64,000 bases of DNA from an uncultured delta proteobacterium (GTDB lineage Bacteria; Myxococcota_A; UBA9160; SMWR01), in the NCBI GenBank assembly GCA_963832165.1, contig CAWHTE010000007.1, positions 672,001 through 736,000 on the forward strand, read 5' to 3'. The translations under genes and the position numbers were made by a program. Below, piece after piece: positions 10,796 to 22,148 of the stretch (position 1 is its first letter; each line of letters opens with the position of its first letter). The notes beneath the pieces were generated by a model. The model saw only the letters and a list, made by a program, of their open reading frames with translations, did no database searches and had not been told where the DNA came from.

Positions 10796-12150
10796 TGCGC
10801 CTGCGGCTGCGGATTCAGATTCGGCACGACGTGATCGGTGACCCATTTCGCGTCCCACCACTCGATCGGGTCGACGTAGGTGTTGCCGACCAGCGTCGCG
10901 AAGTGGAGGTGGTCGCCGCCGGCGAGGCCCGTCGCTCCGGTGAGGCCGAGCGTCTGGCCGCCCTCGACGCTCGCGTCGGCCGCGACATCGATGCGCGACA
11001 GGTGGCCGTAGAGCGAGGTGAGTCCGAGCCCGTGGTCCAGGATCACGCAGTTGCCGTAGATCCCGAGATCGCCCGCGAACAGCACGCGCCCTGCGGCGGC
11101 GGCGGTCACGGGCGCGGCGGAGAGGGATGCGAGGTCGTAGCCATAGTGAATGGCGCGTGAGATCTCGCGCCCGTCCACGGTATACACGCGCTTCTCGCCG
11201 AAGCGGCTGGTCACCTTCGAGTTCGCGAGCTGGTGCAGGCTGCCCGAGAAGAGCGGCTCCGGCGCCGTGCCGGCGATGATCACGCGAATCCGGTCCTCGT
11301 TCTCCTTGCGCACGCGCGTGTTCACGTCGTGAAACGCGGAGTCAGGGTCCCCAGCCGCGGTCTGCGGCGCGAGTCGCGGAACTACCTGCTCGAGGAACGC
11401 ATTCGACAACTGCACCTTGCCCTCGGGCTGCGCGTAGGGCTGCACGACCACCGACCAGCCCGCCTCGCTGCTGTTGCCCGCGGCGTCCTGCGCGAACACG
11501 CGCACGGGCGCCTTCGCATCGACGTCCGTGGGAAACGCGAACAACGCGATGCGCTCGTTCGCACCGGCGCCCTTGCGCGGGAAGCCGCGGTACTCGACCG
11601 TGCCGACGCGCACGCCGTCGCGCGCGGTGGCCTCGGAGATCCGATAGGCGACCGATCCCGAGCCGCCCTGACGCACGTAGGTGATGCCGCTGATCCCGCT
11701 CGTGACCTCGATGCGCGGCGGCTCGAGATCGACGCGCAGCGGCAGGTCGCGCCGCACTTCGTTGCCCGAGAGCCCTCCGCGCCACGACCAGTCGCGCACG
11801 GCGATCGAGAGCGTGGCCGGTCCCTTGAGGGCGCCGAGCGCAGCGGGATCGAGTTGCACGGCGGCCTCGTGCTCGTGGCGCACGCCGCCCGAGAGCAGGT
11901 TGCCCGGGAACAATTCCTCGAGCAGCACCTGCTCGCCGCTCGCCTGCGCGATCGCCACGCGCAGCGAGCGCAGACCCGAGCGTTGGTCGCTCGCGCGCAG
12001 GTCGAGCTGCACGCCGCTCTTGCCTACCACGAGCTCCGACTCGGGTGCGACGAGGCCCGGGACCTCGCTCTCGGATCGGTACCACGCGAATCCACCGATC
12101 CCGACCACGACGATCACGACGAGAATCAGGAGCCAGCCCGATGCCTTCAT
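10792..12150 (-). CDS. M23 family metallopeptidase with N-terminal membrane anchor
   Basis: HYGYDLA, YGHLS and TGLAGGDHLHF motifs. Confidence 0.92.
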   Translation of the reverse strand: MKASGWLLILVVIVVVGIGGFAWYRSESEVPGLVAPESELVVGKSGVQLDLRASDQRSGLRSLRVAIAQASGEQVLLEELFPGNLLSGGVRHEHEAAVQLDPAALGALKGPATLSIAVRDWSWRGGLSGNEVRRDLPLRVDLEPPRIEVTSGISGITYVRQGGSGSVAYRISEATARDGVRVGTVEYRGFPRKGAGANERIALFAFPTDVDAKAPVRVFAQDAAGNSSEAGWSVVVQPYAQPEGKVQLSNAFLEQVVPRLAPQTAAGDPDSAFHDVNTRVRKENEDRIRVIIAGTAPEPLFSGSLHQLANSKVTSRFGEKRVYTVDGREISRAIHYGYDLASLSAAPVTAAAAGRVLFAGDLGIYGNCVILDHGLGLTSLYGHLSRIDVAADASVEGGQTLGLTGATGLAGGDHLHFATLVGNTYVDPIEWWDAKWVTDHVVPNLNPQPQAQ

Positions 12151-12247
12151 ATCCCCTCCCCCCCGGAAGCGCGGCGAAGATACCCAACGCGCGCGTTGAC
12201 GCCTGCGCCGCTCGGGGCGATGCTGCGCACTCCCCAGGGAGGCTCTC

Positions 12248-12853
12248 ATGAACCAGTTGCGCCGCATCGTCCTGTTGCGCCACGGCAACACCGTCGGCAA
12301 CTCCCACGAGCGCTTCCACGGCAGCGGCGACGTGGCGCTCTCGGACGAGGGCCGGGAGCAGATGCGCGCCGCGGCGCGCGCGCTCACGACCGAAGTGTTC
12401 GATCTGGTCGCGGCGAGCCCGCTGCAGCGCGCGTGGCAGAGCGCGGCGATGCTCGCCAACGGCGCGCACGTGCTGCTCGTGCCCGAGTTCCGCGAGATCG
12501 ATTTCGGGCGCTGGGAGGGGATGACCGCCCAGGAGATCGAGGCGCAGGACCCCGTGCTCTATCGCTCCTGGCGCGAAGGCGCCGCCGACTTCGAGTTCCC
12601 GGGCGGCGAGCGGCGCGCGGCGTTCCGCGAGCGCGTGGCGAAGGGCTTCGAGACGCTCGCGAACAGCGGAGCCGAGAACGTGCTGCTGGTCGCGCACCGC
12701 GGCGTGGCGCGCGCGCTCGCGATGCACCTGCTCGGCGAGCCGCTCCCGGCGCCGCCCGAGCTCGGCGAGACGGTGTCGTTCACGCGCGACGGCGAGCGCT
12801 GGTTCCGCGGTCGGCGCGGCAGCAATCCGCCCGCGCTCGGCACCGCGGCCTAA
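12248..12853 (+). CDS. Histidine phosphatase family protein
   Basis: LLRHG, EIDFGRWEG and VAHRG motifs. Confidence 0.92.
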   Translation: MNQLRRIVLLRHGNTVGNSHERFHGSGDVALSDEGREQMRAAARALTTEVFDLVAASPLQRAWQSAAMLANGAHVLLVPEFREIDFGRWEGMTAQEIEAQDPVLYRSWREGAADFEFPGGERRAAFRERVAKGFETLANSGAENVLLVAHRGVARALAMHLLGEPLPAPPELGETVSFTRDGERWFRGRRGSNPPALGTAA

Positions 12854-12910
12854 CGCGCCGCCGCGCGCGGCTCGCATCGCCTGCGCGCGCGCAAATCCGG
12901 TCCCAATCGC

Positions 12911-13804
12911 ATGCCCGATCGATTCGAAGAGCAGCCGTCGCTACCCGCGCGTCTCACGCAGGCGCTCGTTCCCGCACCGGTCTGGCAGCTGGGCCGCGAT
13001 CTCGGCGCGCGCCTGCGCGAGACGCCGACCCGGCTCAACGCCTACGGCTTCGATCCCTACGGCTTCCATCCCGATACGGCGCGGCGCGGGCTGCTGCCCT
13101 CCGCGCTGCTCTACCGTTACTACTTCCGGGTCGAGACCCACGGCATCGCATCCGTGCCGCAGGGGCGCATGCTCCTGATCGGCAACCACTCTGGCCAGTT
13201 CGGCTACGACGGCGCGATGCTCGCGATGTCGATGCTGCTCGACGCGCGTCCCCCGCGGCTGTGTCGCGGCATGGCGGAGTTCATGTTCTGGCGCACGCCG
13301 TGGGCCGGGACCTTCGCGAGTCGACTCGGCATGATGGCCGGCACACCGAGCAACTGCGCCGCGATGCTCGAGGCGGGCGAGTGCGTGATGGTGTTTCCGG
13401 AGGGCGCGCGCGGCGCGAACAAGCCCTTCCGCCAGCGCTACCAGCTGCAGCGCTTCGGGCTCGGGTTCATGCGCCTCGCACTCGAGACGAACACCCCGAT
13501 CGTCCCGGTCGGTATCGTCGGAGCCGAGGAGCAGCAGCCCGGCTTCGCAAATTTCGAGGGGCTCGGAAAGCGGCTCGGACTTCCCTCTCTGCCGATCACG
13601 ATCAGCTCGCCGTGGCTGGGCCTGCTCGGCCCGAGCTTCGCGCTGCCCGTGAAGTACCACATCTACTTCGGTGAGCCGCTGCGCTTCGACGGTGGGCCCG
13701 ACGACGAGGACGCGGTGATCGAGCAGAAGGTCGACGTCGTGAAGGGCGCGATCACCGCACTGCTCGACCGCGGCCGGTCGGAGCGCAAAGGGATCTTCTT
13801 CTGA
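12911..13804 (+). CDS. Lysophospholipid/PlsC-family acyltransferase
   Basis: NHSGQFGYD (HxxxxD-like), FPEG and PIVPVGIVGAEE motifs. Confidence 0.9.
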   Translation: MPDRFEEQPSLPARLTQALVPAPVWQLGRDLGARLRETPTRLNAYGFDPYGFHPDTARRGLLPSALLYRYYFRVETHGIASVPQGRMLLIGNHSGQFGYDGAMLAMSMLLDARPPRLCRGMAEFMFWRTPWAGTFASRLGMMAGTPSNCAAMLEAGECVMVFPEGARGANKPFRQRYQLQRFGLGFMRLALETNTPIVPVGIVGAEEQQPGFANFEGLGKRLGLPSLPITISSPWLGLLGPSFALPVKYHIYFGEPLRFDGGPDDEDAVIEQKVDVVKGAITALLDRGRSERKGIFF

Positions 13805-13826
13805 TCCCAACCCGCGCGGCCGCGGA

Positions 13827-14624
13827 TCACATCGGGGACATCAGCCGATACGCGAGATCGAGGATCCGGCGGCGCGGCACGAACGGCACCGCGCGCGCGA
13901 GCAACCGGTTGCGCGCACCCGTGATGACGACGCGCTGGTTCTCCTGGAAGCCGCGGTAGCCCTCCTCGGCCACGCTGCGCGAGGTCATCGGCGTTCCGAG
14001 CGACGTGAGCCGCGTCTTCCCGGTGCCCGCGCGCTCTCGAAACCTGCTCGCTGTCGGACCCGGGCACAGGCAGCTCACCTTCACACCGGTGTCCAGCGCC
14101 TCGCGCCACAGCGCCTCGGAGAACGAGAGCACGAAGGCCTTCGATGCGTAGTAGACCGCCATCAGCGGGCCGGGCTGGAAGGCCGACGTCGACGCCACGT
14201 TCAGCACGCCGCCGCGTTTGCGCGCGAGCATCTGTGGCCAGAAGGCGTGCGTGAGCTCCACGAGCGCGCGCACGTTCAGGTCGATCATGCCGAGCTGAGC
14301 GACCTCGTCGGAGCCGGCGAAGCCGCCCGCGCTGCCGTAGCCCGCGTTGTTCACGAGCACGTCTACGGCGATCCCGCGCGCGCGGACCTCGTCCGCCAGG
14401 CGGTGGCCGGCGCCGTGGGCGCCGAGGTCGATCGCAATCGGCATCACCTTCACGCCGTACTGCTTCGCGATGCGCTCGGCCTGCTCTTTCAGCGTGGCCT
14501 CGCTGCGCGCCGAGAGCACGAGGTCGTAGCCATCCTGCGCGAAGCACTCGGCGAGATCGACACCGATGCCGTAGCTCGCGCCCGTCACCAGCGCCGTCTG
14601 CCCGTCGCCCGGTCGGTTCGCCAT
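13827..14624 (-). CDS. Short-chain dehydrogenase/reductase
   Basis: TGASYGIG, NNAG and YYASK motifs. Confidence 0.93.
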   Translation of the reverse strand: MANRPGDGQTALVTGASYGIGVDLAECFAQDGYDLVLSARSEATLKEQAERIAKQYGVKVMPIAIDLGAHGAGHRLADEVRARGIAVDVLVNNAGYGSAGGFAGSDEVAQLGMIDLNVRALVELTHAFWPQMLARKRGGVLNVASTSAFQPGPLMAVYYASKAFVLSFSEALWREALDTGVKVSCLCPGPTASRFRERAGTGKTRLTSLGTPMTSRSVAEEGYRGFQENQRVVITGARNRLLARAVPFVPRRRILDLAYRLMSPM

Positions 14625-14664
14625 CGTCGACTCCTCTGCGCGCTTCATCGCGCTTGGAGACGAA

Positions 14665-16620
<1,956 letters not shown>

Positions 16621-16626
16621 GCGCGC

Positions 16627-17961
16627 CTAGCGCCCTTCGTTCACGAGCGCTTCGAGCTCGTCCGGATCCTTGGGAATCGAAAGCGTCAGATTCTCGTGGC
16701 CGTCGGCGGTGATCAAGATGTCGTCCTCGATCCGAACGCCGATGCCGCGGAAGCGCGCATCCACGTCGGCGTCGGCGGCAATGTACAGACCCGGCTCGAC
16801 CGTGAACACGATCCCGGGAGCGAGCGGCCGCGGTGCTCCGTCCTGCCGATAGCTGCCCACGTCGTGCACGTCGAGCCCGAGCCAATGGCTCGTGGAGTGC
16901 ATGTAGTAGGGCTTGTAGGCCTCGCGCGCGGCGAGCTCTGCGGGGTCGCCCGCGAGAATGCCGAGCTCGACCAGACCCTCGACGAGCGCCTTCACCGCGG
17001 CGTCGTGGATCTCCGGCAGCGTGCTGCCCGGGCGGCACTGCTCGATCCCCGCCTGCTCGGAGGCGAGGACCACCTCGTAGATCGCGCGCGCGGGCCCCGT
17101 GAAGCGTCCGCCCACGGGATAGGTACGCGTCACGTCCGAGGCGTAGCCCTCGAGCTCGCAGCCCGCGTCGATGAGCACCAGCTCGTCGTCGCGCAGCTTC
17201 TGATCGTTGCGCACGTAGTGCAGCACGGTTGCGTTCGCACCGCCGCCCACGATCGTGGTGTAGGCGGGTCCGCGCGCGCCGCGCCGCCGGAACGTGAACT
17301 CGAGCGCGGCCTGGAGCTCGTACTCGAATGTGCCGGGCCAGGCGAGCTTCGCGGCCGCAGCGTGGCCCTCGCGGCTGATCTGCGCGGCGCGCCGCATCAG
17401 ATCGAGCTCGGAAGGGTCCTTGAACAGCCGCATCCCGTGCGTGATCGAGCGCGCATCGACGATCGCGTCGGCGGGATCGGCATTCATGCGCGAGCGCACG
17501 CGCATCTGATCGAGCGCCGCGACGAGTCGCGCGTCGAACGCGGGATCGCGTCCGAGCACGTGGTAGATGCGCTGCGCGCTGCGGATCAGGTCGGGGATCT
17601 TCGCGAGCAGATCGGTGTTCGGATGCGCCTCGTCCGCTCCGAAGTCCTGGATGGCGCCCTCGGCCCCAGGTCGATACCCATTCCAGATCTCGAGCGCGCG
17701 ATCGCGCGGCTCGACGAACAACGTGTAGGCGGGACCGCCGTCGGTGCGCAGCACTGCCGTGGCGCCCGGGTGATCGAATCCCGTCAGGTACCAGAAGTCG
17801 CTGTCCTGGCGGAACGGGAACTCGGTGTCGCGCGAGCGCGTGACCAGATTCGCGCCGCGGAAGATCGCGACGGCGCCGGGGCCCATCGCATCGCGCACTC
17901 GTTGGCGGCGTTCGGCGAACACGCGAGGAGGATACGGGGGAGCGTGTTGCCCTTCAATCAC
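16627..17961 (-). CDS. pepP: Xaa-Pro aminopeptidase P
   Basis: FRQDSDFWYLTG, DAGCE...SDVTRT, HWLGLDVHD, TVEPGLY and GVRIEDD motifs; start uncertain. Confidence 0.93.
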   Translation of the reverse strand: MIEGQHAPPYPPRVFAERRQRVRDAMGPGAVAIFRGANLVTRSRDTEFPFRQDSDFWYLTGFDHPGATAVLRTDGGPAYTLFVEPRDRALEIWNGYRPGAEGAIQDFGADEAHPNTDLLAKIPDLIRSAQRIYHVLGRDPAFDARLVAALDQMRVRSRMNADPADAIVDARSITHGMRLFKDPSELDLMRRAAQISREGHAAAAKLAWPGTFEYELQAALEFTFRRRGARGPAYTTIVGGGANATVLHYVRNDQKLRDDELVLIDAGCELEGYASDVTRTYPVGGRFTGPARAIYEVVLASEQAGIEQCRPGSTLPEIHDAAVKALVEGLVELGILAGDPAELAAREAYKPYYMHSTSHWLGLDVHDVGSYRQDGAPRPLAPGIVFTVEPGLYIAADADVDARFRGIGVRIEDDILITADGHENLTLSIPKDPDELEALVNEGR

Positions 17962-19103
17962 GGCGCGTCGACACAAACGACGGTCACGTCTGCGCAGTAG
18001 GTGACGCACATGCGATCGCCGTACAGGACGCCCGTGTAGTAGAGGCCGGCCGGGTCGGGCCGCGGAAGTGCAGCGCTGCGCACGCGCCCGTCGGGATGCA
18101 ACACGTGCACGATCCCGCTCCAGCGCGTCACCACGACGCGCCCGTCCGGAGCCACCTGGATGTCCTGCGCGAAGTCGAGCTCGGGCGCGAACGCGTCGTC
18201 GAGCGGCACGCGCTTCGGCTCACCGCGTCCGGGCGGCGGCACGACCTCGAGCCACAGCGCGTTGCCCTCCGCCTCGGCGCGGTAGATCGTGCCGTCGCGG
18301 GCCTTCGCCGCGAACAAGAGCTCGGGCGGCTCGGGAACGATCCGCGCCCGGCCGCTCGCGTCGATCGCGATCGCATCCTGCCGCGCGCCCATCTGTGCAT
18401 TGGGCTGCGCGCCGAGCGGGAGCTGGTCCGCCGTGATCCAGAGCTCGCGGCGCAGGCCGTCCCAGAGCGGCGTCTTGGGCGCCACGCGGTAGCCCGGCGG
18501 CGCGACGAGCGACCAGAGCTTCACCGTGTGGCCGTCGCGATCGAACGCGATCGCGTCGCCGTTGCCGCCGTCATCCGCGCCCGTGCCATAGCGCGTCGCG
18601 ATCACCGTTCCGTCGGGACCCTCGCCAAGCTCGTTGAGCGCTCCGCCGAGTGCGAGGCGCCGAACCTGTCCGGTCGCGGGCGACACCGCCCCCGCGTCCT
18701 CGAAGAATGTGGTGAAGTAGACGTCGCCGTCTGCTCCCACGAGTACGTCCCATACGCCGGATCGGCTGTCGGGACCGCCCACATCGAGCGGCGGGAGCCA
18801 GCGTTCGCGCACGAGATCGAAGCGGCCGATCCGCTGCGGCCCGGGATGCCGCAGGTCGGCCGTGGGGTCTCCGCCCGCGCCCGCCATCGCCGACCAGAAC
18901 GCCGCCTCGCCGAAGTACAGGACGCCATCCACTCCGCGCGCGCCGTACCAGGCGCAGTAGCGCTCGTCCGCGCTCGGAGCCCTCGCGACATGCATGGACA
19001 CGTTCGCGGCGCGCGGGAACGGCGCCGCGGGTTCGCGGGCCGCGCCGCTCGCGCACGCGAGCGCTGCCAGCGTGGCGAGCGCCGCGCACGCGCTCCGCAG
19101 CAT
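17958..19103 (-). CDS. Hypothetical lipoprotein, probably beta-propeller-like
   Basis: Signal peptide with lipobox-like AALA-C; repeated DG-x-V/I/L-Y/V strands; TGA/GTG overlap with pepP. Confidence 0.6.
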   Translation of the reverse strand: MLRSACAALATLAALACASGAAREPAAPFPRAANVSMHVARAPSADERYCAWYGARGVDGVLYFGEAAFWSAMAGAGGDPTADLRHPGPQRIGRFDLVRERWLPPLDVGGPDSRSGVWDVLVGADGDVYFTTFFEDAGAVSPATGQVRRLALGGALNELGEGPDGTVIATRYGTGADDGGNGDAIAFDRDGHTVKLWSLVAPPGYRVAPKTPLWDGLRRELWITADQLPLGAQPNAQMGARQDAIAIDASGRARIVPEPPELLFAAKARDGTIYRAEAEGNALWLEVVPPPGRGEPKRVPLDDAFAPELDFAQDIQVAPDGRVVVTRWSGIVHVLHPDGRVRSAALPRPDPAGLYYTGVLYGDRMCVTYCADVTVVCVDAP

Positions 19104-19303
19104 GCAGCTTCGCATGGCTGCGCATCTATTGGCGGCACCAGACTTAAGCATTTGTTTTCGAATGTGTTTCTCTCCAACTCGATCGCGGTCCGCATTCTCA
19201 CGCTGCCCGCAGCGCAGCCTGAGGATGCGGCGCGCCCTCGGCCCCGCCGCGCGGAATCTCAATAGAGGCGCACAGTTGCGATTGCTGCCTTGTGCGCCGG
19301 CCC

Positions 19304-19319
19304 TGGCACGCTTCGTGCT
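19304..19319 (+). promoter_or_regulatory. Sigma54 (-24/-12) promoter
   Basis: TGGCACGCTTCGTGCT matches TGGCACG-N4-(T)TGCW with exact GG-N10-GC spacing, in an intergenic region. Confidence 0.75.
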
Positions 19320-19329
19320 CTTCCATGGG

Positions 19330-19535
19330 ATGACAGGAAATGGGATTGGTCTGGTGCGGACCGATCGGACGGAAGCGGGCGCGCACGGTCGATCGAGTCC
19401 GGACCTCAGGCACCTCCCGGGTTATATCAAAGGCGACTTCCCCAGAACGGCACCCGCCTTTTTTCCGGGCGAAAGCCAGGTTCCAGATCAGAACGCCCCT
19501 CCGACGGAGGTTCCGTCGGGGGGGCGTGTCGTTTT
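19330..19535 (+). ncRNA. Candidate sigma54-dependent structured small RNA
   Basis: Lies between the sigma54 promoter and a 16-bp hairpin with a T-rich tail; has internal stems and a GAAA tetraloop; no convincing ORF. Confidence 0.5.
19493..19535 (+). terminator. Strong hairpin/intrinsic terminator (may also serve the convergent rnd)
   Basis: ACGCCCCTCCGACGGA-GGT-TCCGTCGGGGGGGCGT (16 bp, one G-U pair) followed by GTCGTTTT. Confidence 0.75.
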
Positions 19536-19547
19536 GGGAGACGCCCG

Positions 19548-20717
19548 TTAGGGGCGCCCGCCCTCCCGGGCTTCGCGCGCTTCGAGCGCCACGGTCACGA
19601 CCTCGGCGCCGAACTCGCGCAAGAACCAGCCCTTGAGCTCGGGGAGTCCCTCGAGGTCGCTCGCGGTGTTCGGCGCGCGCCAGGCGATCGCTTCGAGCGC
19701 GGAGTTCGGACACAGGACGCCCGGGTCGAGCGCGAGCTGCTGAGCGCGCTCGGCTCGCCAGCGCTTGAGCGCGATCAGCCGCCGGTCTGCGTGGCGGTCC
19801 ATGCGGCGCCGCCCGCTCGGCGGGAGCTTCGGGATCGGGCCGTGCTCGTCCGCGCGCCCGTCGCGCACGGCCGCGAGCACTTCGCGCCCGAGCCGGCGCA
19901 AGAGCAGATCCGTGATGCCCTTGATCTCCGCCAGTTCCGAGAGCTTCTTCGGACGCCGCTCCGCGATTTCGATCAGCGTGCGATTCCCGAGCACCTTGAA
20001 CGGCGGCCGGTCCATCTCTCGCGCGCGCCGGTCGCGCACCAGATACAGCGCGCGCAGCACCGAGAGCGCCTTCGGATCGAGCTTGCGCGCACCCTTGATG
20101 CGCAGATAGCCCAGCTCGTCGAACTCGCGGTCGGGCCAGCGCCGTCGGCACAGCGCCTCGAACTCTTCGACGGCCCAGCGGTTCCGCTTCACTTCCTTGA
20201 GCTCGCGCCACAAGAGCTCGGCGAGCGGAAGCAGGTAGAGCACGTCGGCGGCCGCATAGCTCATCTGCTGTTGAGTGAGCGGGCGGCGCGACCAGTCGGA
20301 GCGCTGCTCGTCCTTGGGCAGGTTCACGTCGAAGTGACGCGCTGCGATTCGCGACAGGCCCACGGACGGATAGCCGAGCAGCTGCGCCGAGATCATCGTG
20401 TCGAACAGGTTCGCGAACTGGAACGAGCAGTCGCGCTTGAGCACGAAGATGTCGTACTCGGCTGCGTGGAAGACCTTGCGGATCTCGGGCGACGCGAACA
20501 CGGGCCCGAGCGGCGCGAGCTCGGCGGGGCCTCCGAGCGCGAGCGGGTCGATCAAGTAGATCTGCCGGCGCGTGCCGATCTGGACCAGGCAGGTCTTGTC
20601 GAAATAGTGATAGAAGCTGTCCGCCTCGGTATCGACGGCGATCACCTTCTCGCTCATCAGATCGTGCGCGAGCGTTTCGAGATCCGCGCGGGTCTCGATC
20701 AGTTCGTAGTCCGCCAC
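19548..20717 (-). CDS. rnd: Ribonuclease D (DEDDy exonuclease with two HRDC domains)
   Basis: AVDTEADS, KVFHAAEYD, SDWSRRPLT and YAAADV motifs; HRDC DRPPFKVL; GTG 20717 after GAGGG. Confidence 0.93.
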   Translation of the reverse strand: MADYELIETRADLETLAHDLMSEKVIAVDTEADSFYHYFDKTCLVQIGTRRQIYLIDPLALGGPAELAPLGPVFASPEIRKVFHAAEYDIFVLKRDCSFQFANLFDTMISAQLLGYPSVGLSRIAARHFDVNLPKDEQRSDWSRRPLTQQQMSYAAADVLYLLPLAELLWRELKEVKRNRWAVEEFEALCRRRWPDREFDELGYLRIKGARKLDPKALSVLRALYLVRDRRAREMDRPPFKVLGNRTLIEIAERRPKKLSELAEIKGITDLLLRRLGREVLAAVRDGRADEHGPIPKLPPSGRRRMDRHADRRLIALKRWRAERAQQLALDPGVLCPNSALEAIAWRAPNTASDLEGLPELKGWFLREFGAEVVTVALEAREAREGGRP

Positions 20718-20925
20718 TCTTTCCCTCAATCGCACCCGCCAATCGGATTGCGGATCGTCTTATCAGCCACGAGGGGGAGGGGGGACGACCAAGACATCCC
20801 GTGATTCGATGGAGGATTCGCGCGCGGGACACCAACACCGCGGGAGGAACGAGGGCGGCGTCAGGGCCGCAAGCTAGCCGACGCGCTGCCCCGGGGAAAG
20901 CGGTGTCGGGGTACTCTCCGCGGCG

Positions 20926-22074
20926 ATGTGGACGGCTGGAGCCGGGTTCTCGACCCATCCCGATGGCGAGCTCGCGGCGCGCGAGGCCGCCGCGCAGGCA
21001 ATTGCGGCCGCGGGCGGAGCCGACGCGGCGCTCTTGTTCGCGGGTCCCGCTCATCGCGAGACCGCGCGCGCGCTCGTAGCCGCGGCGTGTGCCGAGCTCG
21101 GCACGAAACGGGTGGTGGGCGGACTCGCGCACGGTGTGATCGGAGTCGGGCACGAGCTGGAGGGCGGGGCGGGCGTGTCCGTGCTCGCGGTGCGCGGGCT
21201 CGACGTAGAGACGCTCTGGATACCGGACCTCGCGGGCAACGAGCAGGTCGCGGCCGAGGAGGTTGCGGCGCGCCTCGCCGGCGGTGCGCGCGAGCAGGAC
21301 CTCGTGGTGCTGATCCCGGATCCGCGCGCGCTCCAGCCCGACGCGCTGCTCGCGGAGATCCGCGAGGTGATCGGGCCCGCCGGCGTGGTGGGTGCCGGAG
21401 CCGGGGACCCTGTCAGCGATGCACCGCTCGTGTGGTCCGGCTCCGAGATCGCGGGCGGCGCGCTCTCGGGTCTGGTGCTGCGCGGTGCGCGCGCGCGCCG
21501 GATCGGGGTCACGCAGGCGTGCCGCCCCGTGACCGAGCTGCTCACGGTCACGCGCGCGCAGGGACCCTGGGTGCTCGAGCTCGACGGTCGTCCCGCGCTC
21601 GATGTCTATCGCGAAGCCGCACGCGCGCCGCTCGCGGAGGACCTGCGCCGCGCCGCTGCGTTCCTGCTCGCGGCGCTGCCGCGCGACGCCGCGAATCCGC
21701 TGGCCCCGGGTGGCTATCTCGTTCGCAATATCGCGGGGTTCGCTCCGGACGCGAACGCGTTCGCAATCCCGGTCGAGCTCGCGAAGGGCGACCGGATCGC
21801 GCTGGTCCTCCGCGAGCCCGAAACCGCGCGCGAGGATCTCAAGGCGATGCTCGCGGGCCTCGGCGCCGATCCGCCTGGGCTCGCGCTGTACTTCGACTGC
21901 TGCGCACGCGGCGCGGGATTTTTCGGCGTACCCGGCCTGGAGTCCGCCTACCTCCATCAGGCGCTCGGCGAGGCTCCGCTCGCGGGCATGTTCGGCTCGT
22001 GCGAGCTGGGTCCGATCGCTGGCCGATCGGAGCTGCTCACCTACACGGGGGTGCTCGCGCTGCTCGACCACTGA
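20926..22074 (+). CDS. FIST N/C domain sensory protein
   Basis: TQACRPV, LELDGRPAL, YLVRNI, YFDCCARG and GMFGSCELGP motifs. Confidence 0.88.
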   Translation: MWTAGAGFSTHPDGELAAREAAAQAIAAAGGADAALLFAGPAHRETARALVAAACAELGTKRVVGGLAHGVIGVGHELEGGAGVSVLAVRGLDVETLWIPDLAGNEQVAAEEVAARLAGGAREQDLVVLIPDPRALQPDALLAEIREVIGPAGVVGAGAGDPVSDAPLVWSGSEIAGGALSGLVLRGARARRIGVTQACRPVTELLTVTRAQGPWVLELDGRPALDVYREAARAPLAEDLRRAAAFLLAALPRDAANPLAPGGYLVRNIAGFAPDANAFAIPVELAKGDRIALVLREPETAREDLKAMLAGLGADPPGLALYFDCCARGAGFFGVPGLESAYLHQALGEAPLAGMFGSCELGPIAGRSELLTYTGVLALLDH

Positions 22075-22077
22075 GTT

Positions 22078-22114
22078 GTTCCGTTAAAAGGAACTTGATT
22101 CTGACATACGGAAC
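22078..22114. promoter_or_regulatory. Tandem palindromic operator-like sites upstream of the IclR gene
   Basis: GTTCC-N7-GGAAC (22078-22094) and TTCTG-N5-CGGAA (22099-22113) in an AT-rich gap. Confidence 0.5.
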
Positions 22115-22148
22115 AGCGATTCTCCCGATCGACCAGGGAGGTTCGCAG

